In this document: positions 1 to 6,341 of the stretch, piece after piece
Numbering within the stretch: the first letter of the stretch is position 1
Layout of the letters: the number at the start of each line of letters is the position of its first letter
Virus record (IMG/VR): IMGVR_UViG_3300020045_015699
Span: 1-30,903 of that record
Origin: a virus
Taxonomy: Duplodnaviria; Caudoviricetes
Strand: one strand, 5' to 3'
DNA length: 30,903 nt
Program-made: the position numbers and the translations under genes
Notes under the pieces: model-generated
Database searches by the model: none
Seen by the model: only the letters and a program-made list of their open reading frames with translations
What the model was told of the DNA's origin: nothing

Positions 1-12
1 GCTAATCACGGA

Positions 13-139
13 TAACGTATGGTGATTGTAGCTGTTGCCAAAAAAACAAACCGATTAATTAAATTAAAAAACAATAATACAGATGCAAAATAATAATCAA
101 ATTCAAGACCAATCTGGCAATAGCTACAATCACTTGTTA
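13..139. repeat. attC-like imperfect hairpin site 1 (TAAC...GTTA)
   Basis: TAAC at 13-16. Arm gtgattgtagctgttgcca (22-40) is the reverse complement of tggcaatagctacaatcac (115-133) at 18/19, with one G:T pair. GTTA at 136-139. AT-rich loop. Confidence 0.8.
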
Positions 140-958
140 CAAGATGGTTTTATTGTGGCATGGTGGAGTGCAGGAATTACCAGTGCAGTTGCTTGTAAAA
201 TGGCACTGGAAATGTATGAAAACGTGGAGTTGTATTATATTGATATTAATTCTGCTCATTCTGACAATCCAAGATTTAAAGCCGATTGTGAAAAATGGTA
301 CGGAAAAGAAATAAAACCATTAAGTAGCAAAGAATTTAAAAATCAATTTGATGTTATTGAAAAAACTGGAGCTGTGAATACGCCACAAGGCGCACCTTGC
401 ACAAAGTTCTTGAAAAAGGAAGTTAGGTTTGATTTTGAAAAACTACACGAATTATCGCTATTTAATGATTCTACTATTTTAAATCAGGTTTGGGGTTTTG
501 AATATGAAAAGAAAGAAATTAATCGAGCAATAAGACACGGACAACAATACCCAAATACTAAACCATTATTTCCTTTGATTGAAAAAGGATTGGATAAAAA
601 TGAATGTGCAGGATTATTGATAAATGCAGGAATAGAACTTCCTGAAATGTATAAACTTGGGTACAATAATAATAATTGTATCGGTTGTGTAAAAGGCGGT
701 AAAGGGTATTGGAATAAAATCAGAAAAGATTTTCCAGAAACTTTCGAAAGAATGAAACTACTTGAAAGAAAAGTAGGTTACAGTTGTATTAATGGAACTT
801 TTCTAGATGAATTAAATCCAAAGTCTGGAAGAATGTCTAAAGAAATAATGCCGAGTTGTGGAATTGTTTGCGATGTAGATTTTGCAGATATTCCAGATAA
901 AAATTTACAAGAAGTTATTGAGGGGAAGATGTCGATTTATGACGCAATTGCTTCTTAG
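83..958 (+). CDS. PAPS-reductase-like (PP-loop/adenine nucleotide alpha-hydrolase family) phage protein; cargo of cassette 1
   Basis: PP-loop-like WWSAGITSAVA; Cys motifs GAPCTKFLKK, NNNCIGCVKGG and C-terminal CGIVC, as seen in phage PAPS-reductase-family proteins. Confidence 0.75.
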   Translation: MQNNNQIQDQSGNSYNHLLQDGFIVAWWSAGITSAVACKMALEMYENVELYYIDINSAHSDNPRFKADCEKWYGKEIKPLSSKEFKNQFDVIEKTGAVNTPQGAPCTKFLKKEVRFDFEKLHELSLFNDSTILNQVWGFEYEKKEINRAIRHGQQYPNTKPLFPLIEKGLDKNECAGLLINAGIELPEMYKLGYNNNNCIGCVKGGKGYWNKIRKDFPETFERMKLLERKVGYSCINGTFLDELNPKSGRMSKEIMPSCGIVCDVDFADIPDKNLQEVIEGKMSIYDAIAS

Positions 959-974
959 GAGGTAAACTATCTTG

Positions 975-1101
975 TAACGGAAAAGCTACAATTTCGGCGT
1001 GGTCAAACACAAAACCGTATTTCAGTTGTGCCGAATAATTGAAGCACAAAACAATAACCAAATTAAAAACCAATAAAAACGCTGAAATGTAGCTGTTGTT
1101 A
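975..1101. repeat. attC-like imperfect hairpin site 2 (TAAC...GTTA)
   Basis: TAAC at 975-978. agctaca (984-990) pairs with tgtagct (1088-1094); bulged A991; tttcggcgt (992-1000) pairs with acgctgaaa (1079-1087) with one G:T. GTTA at 1098-1101. Same 127-bp span as site 1. Confidence 0.75.
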
Positions 1102-1127
1102 TGGCTCGTTCTTTTAAACATCAAATT

Positions 1128-1481
1128 ATGAATTTACAACTATCGTTAAAAACAAAATGGTTTGAAATGACTAAATCAGGAATTAAAACCGAAGATTATA
1201 GAGAATTGAACGAATACTGGTTTAAAAGACTTGCTTCAAAAGACATTAGAAATCATTGGGATTTAAAAATGTTTATAAAATACGCAAATACATATCCTTA
1301 TAAAATTTACAAGGATTTCGAAACCAATACAATGACTTTAGGTTATCCAAAAAAAGGCGATACCGAACGAATATTAAAACTAGAACACAAAGGAATTGAA
1401 ATAAGAACAGGAAATCCTGACTGGGGTGCTGAACCTGATAAACTTTATTTTGTTATCAAGCACGGCTCGTTGGTAGAATGA
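1128..1481 (+). CDS. ASCH/PUA-like domain protein; cargo of cassette 2 (start at 1128, alternatively 1101)
   Basis: LSLKTKWFEMTKSGIKTEDYRE resembles the ASCH GxKxxExR signature. ATG 1128 follows an A-rich Bacteroidota-type leader. Confidence 0.65.
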   Translation: MNLQLSLKTKWFEMTKSGIKTEDYRELNEYWFKRLASKDIRNHWDLKMFIKYANTYPYKIYKDFETNTMTLGYPKKGDTERILKLEHKGIEIRTGNPDWGAEPDKLYFVIKHGSLVE

Positions 1482-1541
1482 GCCATAACTCCCATATGTA
1501 TTCCACACTCTAAACCACCAACAAACTAAACACTTCACACT
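1475..1541. other. Candidate attI-like primary recombination site next to the recombinase start
   Basis: The cassette-terminal repeat ends in TAAC (1486-1489) but no hairpin follows; 52 bp upstream of the recombinase ATG. Confidence 0.4.
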
Positions 1542-2372
1542 ATGGACATTCGAAAATGGCACGATAAGTATTCGATAGATATTCAGTTAGTTTATAATTC
1601 TGAAGCAACTCGAAAAAACTACAAATCACAAGTTTTAGGATTTCTAAATCATTTCAAAAACGAAATAGAACCAAAAGCAATCGACAACGAAAAAATTAAG
1701 CTTTGGCTATTGCAGGCACAAAGCATTAATTTACGAAAACACAGAATGTGTGCCATCACTTCATTTTACAAAATAACGATTGGAATGCCGAATAAAATAA
1801 GTAAAATTCCATATCCAAAAAGTGAAAAGAAACTGCCAATAGTTTTAAGTCAAGAAGAAGTCCAAAAAATGTTTAGTGTGTGCGAAAATATAAAACACAA
1901 AGTAATCCTGGCATTACTATATTCCTGCGGACTTCGTGTTTCAGAATTAATCAATCTAAAATGGACTAATATCGACAGGTCCCGAATGATAATCAACATC
2001 ATTGGCGGAAAAGGAAACAAAGACCGTCAAGTAATGCTTGATGCTTCATTAATCCCTTTATTGGAAAAGTATTTTTACGAATACCAAACAAAAACCTTTA
2101 TTCTTTCAGGTCAATTCACGGATCAATATTCATCCACAAGTGTAAATCAAGTGATGAAACAATTGGCCGAAAAAGCGGGAATAAATAAAAGAGTTTATAC
2201 ACATCTAATGCGACACAATTGCTTTACACATATGGTCGAAAATGGTACCGATATTAATCTAATCCAAAAATTAGCAGGACACAATAACGTAAAAACAACC
2301 CTGTTATACACTCAAATTTCGCATAATATCATCAGTAAAATACCGTCTCCATTACAATCAATATCACTCTAA
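1542..2372 (+). CDS. Tyrosine recombinase, IntI/XerD-like, without the integron I2 insertion
   Basis: KKLPIVLSQEEV, LLYSCGLRVSE (R), GGKGNKDR (K), HLMRH (HxxR), LAGH, TTLLY (Y) and C-terminal SPL; the catalytic set is complete. Confidence 0.92.
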   Translation: MDIRKWHDKYSIDIQLVYNSEATRKNYKSQVLGFLNHFKNEIEPKAIDNEKIKLWLLQAQSINLRKHRMCAITSFYKITIGMPNKISKIPYPKSEKKLPIVLSQEEVQKMFSVCENIKHKVILALLYSCGLRVSELINLKWTNIDRSRMIINIIGGKGNKDRQVMLDASLIPLLEKYFYEYQTKTFILSGQFTDQYSSTSVNQVMKQLAEKAGINKRVYTHLMRHNCFTHMVENGTDINLIQKLAGHNNVKTTLLYTQISHNIISKIPSPLQSISL

Positions 2373-2377
2373 AACAC

Positions 2378-2623
2378 ATGGCACTAAAATCTAACAACCC
2401 GACAAACGCAATAATAAATCGAAATTTTATCATACGTGTTTTAGAAAATCCAAAAGAAAATCACACCAAAAACACAAAACTAACATCAGCAAATAAGCTT
2501 TCGAACTACTTAAAAGACGAACAACTTAAAATAAAGCTATTTAACAAGATATTAGACGGTGGTAAAGATAAATACACGTTTCTGATAAGAAGTAGGCTTA
2601 AAATTGAAATTCAGTCAAAATAA
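2378..2623 (+). CDS. Hypothetical basic protein
   Basis: 81-aa ORF starting 5 bp after the recombinase stop. Confidence 0.6.
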   Translation: MALKSNNPTNAIINRNFIIRVLENPKENHTKNTKLTSANKLSNYLKDEQLKIKLFNKILDGGKDKYTFLIRSRLKIEIQSK

Positions 2624-2630
2624 CTAAAAA

Positions 2631-2795
2631 ATGAAAAGAAAAGTAAAAATAACAAGTTTGATTGATAAGAATGGATTTGGAATTCATTTGTTTCCGGTGA
2701 TATATTTTGGTCATGAAAATTATGGTTATTCAAGGGTGAATATGTTTTATGTTAGTTGGCTTTTTTGGGAATTAACTATTGAATTTCATTATTAA
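2631..2795 (+). CDS. Small hypothetical protein (54 aa; not in the ORF track)
   Basis: A-rich leader then ATG; MKRKVKITSLIDKNGFGIHLFPVIYFG...EFHY*; fills the gap between neighbouring genes. Confidence 0.5.
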   Translation: MKRKVKITSLIDKNGFGIHLFPVIYFGHENYGYSRVNMFYVSWLFWELTIEFHY

Positions 2796-2826
2796 ACTAA
2801 ATAGGTTTTAATTAAAAATACGAATT

Positions 2827-3108
2827 ATGAGTATAATGATAAAAAGTAAAGGCAAAGAAACGGTATTGATTTCAAGATACTTCTTTTCAAAAAAGTTTCA
2901 AGGATTAGGTGTTTTATTTGATTGCGATGTTGCGCAAGGAATGTTGTATAAAACGATTTTGGTAATAAAGCTTAAGTTTCTTTTTTTTGGATTTTGGATG
3001 AGCGTTGATGTCAAAAATAGAAATCAGCCTGTGAATTTTAGGGTAGATATGTCAAATATAGAAGCTGCGTTGAATAGGGTTAAAAATAGTCTTAATAGAA
3101 GTTTTTAA
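2827..3108 (+). CDS. Hypothetical protein
   Basis: 93-aa ORF in the operon direction. Confidence 0.5.
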   Translation: MSIMIKSKGKETVLISRYFFSKKFQGLGVLFDCDVAQGMLYKTILVIKLKFLFFGFWMSVDVKNRNQPVNFRVDMSNIEAALNRVKNSLNRSF

Positions 3109-3172
3109 ATCACTGTAGATAATCATCTAATCAGGTCGTCAACCTCAATTCCTTATATAACAACAAAAAAGA

Positions 3173-4906
3173 ATGCACCTAACCCCACAACAACTAAATT
3201 CAATCCCTTTCCAATACGCGAATGACGTACGTTCCGGTAAAATCGTTACCGGAAAACGCATCAAGCAGGCCGTGGAGCGTTTTTTTAGTTGGATAGAAAC
3301 CGCCGATGCCGATGGTTATCATTTGGACCACAACAAAGGAATGCAAATCATTAATTTCTTTCCTGCGTTCCTGAATCACACCAAAGGAAAACTAGCAGGA
3401 AAGCCGTTTGTATTGGCACCGTTTCAGCAATTCACGCTGTATAATGTCTTTGGTTGGATGAATAATAGCAACGGATTTCGCCGAATAAATACCGTTTATG
3501 ACAAGCGCGCCAAGAAAAACGGTAAAACAGCCGAAATGGCGGGATTGGCATTATATGCAATGAGTTTCGACCTCGAAATGGAAGGCGAAATCTACGTAGG
3601 AGCCACAAAAGAGGAACAGGCGAAATTATGTTGGGAACAGGCTAGAATGTTTATCGAAAGCCCCGTTGCAAATCCCGCTTTGAAAAAAATGGGGTTTTAT
3701 GCAATGCAAAAGATAATCGGATTCAAAAAAACCAACTCCAAAATGAGGGCTTTAGGTGGAGATTCCAAAACACAGGACGGAATCAACTGCCACGTTGGAA
3801 TTATCGACGAATACCACGCACATAAAGACGATACGGTAAAAGAAAACCTAGAATCGTCCACCGTGCAACGTACACAGGCTTTGATTTATCACATCACAAC
3901 AGCCGGGGCCAATGTGCAGTCTGCTTGTAAGCGATATGAGGAATCGGTAATTGAAGTTTTGGAAGGTCGAAATGTTGATAATTCCCTTTGGATAATGATC
4001 CACGATCTAGACAAAGAAGATTTAGAAACTGAGGAATCGTGGGAAAACAAAGAAATTTGGGTAAAAGCTAATCCTTTATTGGGTCAAGGATTGGCAATCG
4101 ATGCTATTGAAAAGGAATTTGTAAAAGCTAAAAACCAACCGTCCAAAATTCGAAATTTCAAAACCAAAAACTTAAATATGTGGGTGGATCAGCAGTTTGA
4201 TTGGATTCCAAATGAAACTTGGATGAAAAATAAAGTCGATCATATTCCAATGGAAAAGTTTGAAAAATTTGGCTCTTTTGGAGGCTTGGATTTGTCTAAA
4301 ACCATCGATTTAACCGCTTATATTCTAGTTTCCGAACCCGATGAAAAACAAGACAGATACCTTAAATGTTGGTTTTTCTGTCCAAAAGACACCATTATTA
4401 AACGTTCAAAAGAAGATCGTGTGCCATATCAATATTGGGCCGATGAGGGTTATTTGATTGCAACGCCTGGAAACGTTATTGATTACAATGTGATTATGGA
4501 TGTGATTAGGGAAACCTATTACGAACACAAGGTTATCCGACTAGAATTTGACCCGTATAATGCCACTAAAGTAACTCAAGACCTGGAGACCGAAGGTTAC
4601 AACGTTTCTGAGTTTTCACAAGCAATCGGGACGATATCAGCACCAACAAAAGAATTTGAATTACTGGTGTTAGGCGGTAAATTAAAACATGATGGAAACC
4701 CTGTTTTAGCTTGGATGTTGGCATCCTGCCAAATTTATTACGATGCCAACGATAATATGAAAGTCCACAAAGGGCGTTCCGGTGCAAACGGTCGCCGTGT
4801 AGATGGAATCGTGGCAACCATCAACGCAATAGGCGGTTCAATGTCTGCGCCCGAAGAAACAAACGAAAGTATTTACAACCGTGAAGACACGGAGTTTACA
4901 TGTTAA
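3173..4906 (+). CDS. terL: Terminase large subunit
   Basis: Walker A KKNGKT, Walker B IIDEYH, nuclease GLDLS, FDPYNA and C-terminal RVDG; 577 aa. Confidence 0.95.
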   Translation: MHLTPQQLNSIPFQYANDVRSGKIVTGKRIKQAVERFFSWIETADADGYHLDHNKGMQIINFFPAFLNHTKGKLAGKPFVLAPFQQFTLYNVFGWMNNSNGFRRINTVYDKRAKKNGKTAEMAGLALYAMSFDLEMEGEIYVGATKEEQAKLCWEQARMFIESPVANPALKKMGFYAMQKIIGFKKTNSKMRALGGDSKTQDGINCHVGIIDEYHAHKDDTVKENLESSTVQRTQALIYHITTAGANVQSACKRYEESVIEVLEGRNVDNSLWIMIHDLDKEDLETEESWENKEIWVKANPLLGQGLAIDAIEKEFVKAKNQPSKIRNFKTKNLNMWVDQQFDWIPNETWMKNKVDHIPMEKFEKFGSFGGLDLSKTIDLTAYILVSEPDEKQDRYLKCWFFCPKDTIIKRSKEDRVPYQYWADEGYLIATPGNVIDYNVIMDVIRETYYEHKVIRLEFDPYNATKVTQDLETEGYNVSEFSQAIGTISAPTKEFELLVLGGKLKHDGNPVLAWMLASCQIYYDANDNMKVHKGRSGANGRRVDGIVATINAIGGSMSAPEETNESIYNREDTEFTC

Positions 4907-5088
4907 TTATGAAAACAAAACAAACAATCAGACCCCCGCTTTCTGATGCGGTAAAAGCTAAAATAGTAGAGCGTTGGCGGTTTTGTCCGCTAAATTCAAT
5001 ACCACAATTAGCTATAGAGTTTAATTGTGCAGAAAACCAAGTAAACAATGCAGTAAACGAGTATTTATCTACTAAAGTACCTCGCTGA
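4900..5088 (+). CDS. Small protein, possible HTH
   Basis: SIPQLAIEFNCAENQVNNAV fits a helix-turn-helix pattern; overlaps the terL end. Confidence 0.5.
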   Translation: MLIMKTKQTIRPPLSDAVKAKIVERWRFCPLNSIPQLAIEFNCAENQVNNAVNEYLSTKVPR

Positions 5089-5181
5089 AATACTTTTCAT
5101 ATCCTAAAAAAATGATTAAAATTGTATAGATAAAACTTACTAAATATATGGAAATCAAGTAACCATTAAACTATTAATAAC

Positions 5182-5439
5182 ATGTTATCATCAGCCGAAG
5201 AGAATGCCTTACGAATTTACATTGCCAAACTTGAAAAGCAAAACGAAAAAATGCGGGAGCTGTCAAGTAAAAGTGGTTTCTACGCCGAATACTTCAAAGA
5301 ATTAAAAACCGCCAAATCCAATAAACAGGCATTCGATACGGTAAATGAAGAACATCATAAATTGTTTGGGCGGTATCGGTACTCCGATTGGAACTCCTTC
5401 AAACGAATGTCGAATTATTATAATAAAAAAAGTAAATAA
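5182..5439 (+). CDS. Small basic protein with an FGxYRY..xxSFK domain (candidate regulator)
   Basis: 85 aa; paralogous to the N-terminal half of ORF 27394-27843. Confidence 0.7.
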   Translation: MLSSAEENALRIYIAKLEKQNEKMRELSSKSGFYAEYFKELKTAKSNKQAFDTVNEEHHKLFGRYRYSDWNSFKRMSNYYNKKSK

Positions 5440-5441
5440 AA

Positions 5442-5621
5442 ATGAAAATAGTATTCCTTATAATTTGTGTGTTTTTAACAGCAATCGCAACAAGTGTTTT
5501 GTTGGACTGGTATTTTATAGAGCACAATCCGGTTAGATATGTTTTGGTTGTAATGTTGATTATTATCGAATTAATAATCGGTTTCTATTATATAAAATCC
5601 GAAATCAAAAACTTAAAATAA
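5442..5621 (+). CDS. Small two-TM membrane protein (59 aa; not in the ORF track)
   Basis: MKIVFLIICVFLTAIATSVLL...YVLVVMLIIIELIIGFYY; starts 2 bp after the previous stop. Confidence 0.6.
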   Translation: MKIVFLIICVFLTAIATSVLLDWYFIEHNPVRYVLVVMLIIIELIIGFYYIKSEIKNLK

Positions 5622-5622
5622 A

Positions 5623-5775
5623 ATGCAAGAAACCTTAAAAGCCGATAATCTACAAAAAGCAATCCGATTATTGCCACCGCCCAAAACCTACATTCCAAAC
5701 GTAATAACCGTTTTAGTTGGAAAAATAAAATTTACCTTCGAAAAAATAGAGAAAGAATGGTATTTTAAATTTTAG
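5623..5775 (+). CDS. Small hypothetical protein (50 aa; not in the ORF track)
   Basis: MQETLKADNLQKAIRLLPPPK...WYFKF*; starts 1 bp after the previous stop. Confidence 0.55.
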   Translation: MQETLKADNLQKAIRLLPPPKTYIPNVITVLVGKIKFTFEKIEKEWYFKF

Positions 5776-5798
5776 TATTAATTTTATAAAAAAAAAAG

Positions 5799-5981
5799 AT
5801 GCCTGATAAAAAAGAAGATTTATTAGAAAATGTTAGTGCTAGAGTTTTCTTAGATGCACTATCGAAAAAAATAAAAAAATACGAAAAAGAACATTCTGAA
5901 ATGGGTATAATTACTTGTGACGTAAATGATGTTTGGAATTGGATTGAGAAAGCTGAAAAAAAAGTAATCAGTAAAAAATAA
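5799..5981 (+). CDS. Hypothetical protein
   Basis: 60-aa ORF with an A-rich leader. Confidence 0.55.
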   Translation: MPDKKEDLLENVSARVFLDALSKKIKKYEKEHSEMGIITCDVNDVWNWIEKAEKKVISKK

Positions 5982-5987
5982 AAAACA

Positions 5988-6200
5988 ATGAAAAAGCCGA
6001 TTTTCGATTTCATAGATAGACAAATAATTGTAGGTTTTTATAAAAATCCTCCCAAAGATAAGTTTTGGAGTACCCCGCTTGTTGTTTCTCGATATGAAAT
6101 AACAAAATCTAAAAAAGAATTACACAAACAGTTCGAAAAGCCTTTTCTTAAGATAAATGATTTTATTGCTAGTATTTTTACTTCTTTAAAAAATAAATAA
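5988..6200 (+). CDS. Hypothetical protein
   Basis: 70-aa ORF with an A-rich leader, followed by a terminator. Confidence 0.55.
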   Translation: MKKPIFDFIDRQIIVGFYKNPPKDKFWSTPLVVSRYEITKSKKELHKQFEKPFLKINDFIASIFTSLKNK

Positions 6201-6221
6201 AAAAAAGAAAAAAACATTAAG

Positions 6222-6252
6222 AATCCCTTTCCGGCCCCGAGAGGGATTTTCT
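6222..6252 (+). terminator. Intrinsic terminator
   Basis: Stem aatccctttc / gagagggatt followed by a T-rich tract. Confidence 0.65.
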
Positions 6253-6259
6253 GTTTATA

Positions 6260-6309
6260 AGAAAGTTACATAATGTAACCATTTTCGAAATACCCTTAAA
6301 ATACTTTTA
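6260..6309 (+). promoter_or_regulatory. Candidate late promoter, copy 1 (palindrome GTTACAT-A-ATGTAAC)
   Basis: 47/50 identical to 13077-13126; directly upstream of the portal gene; ends in TACTTTTA, resembling the Bacteroidota -7 element TAnnTTTG. Confidence 0.7.
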
Positions 6310-6341
6310 CACTCAAATCAATAACCAAAGAGTTGTAAAAG

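Noticed and set aside
27-1098. Shared 11-mer TGTAGCTGTTG in sites 1 (27-37) and 2 (1088-1098)
   Set aside because: It lies in opposite arms and at different distances from the core, so two sites are not enough to call it a conserved binding box.
13-1101. Hairpins read as intrinsic terminators or CRISPR repeats
   Set aside because: The loops are about 75 nt, there are no U-tracts, one arm is protein-coding, and the two sites are not direct repeats with spacers.
136-1489. Invertible segments (shufflon) or IS ends as the explanation for the 15-bp inverted repeats
   Set aside because: The repeats differ between units apart from GTTA/TAAC, there is no transposase or target duplication, and neither model explains the intervening hairpins. 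Inversion is not formally excluded.
5177-5188. Perfect palindrome ATAACATGTTAT over the start codon of ORF 5182
   Set aside because: A single AT-rich 12-mer; chance occurrence is plausible.
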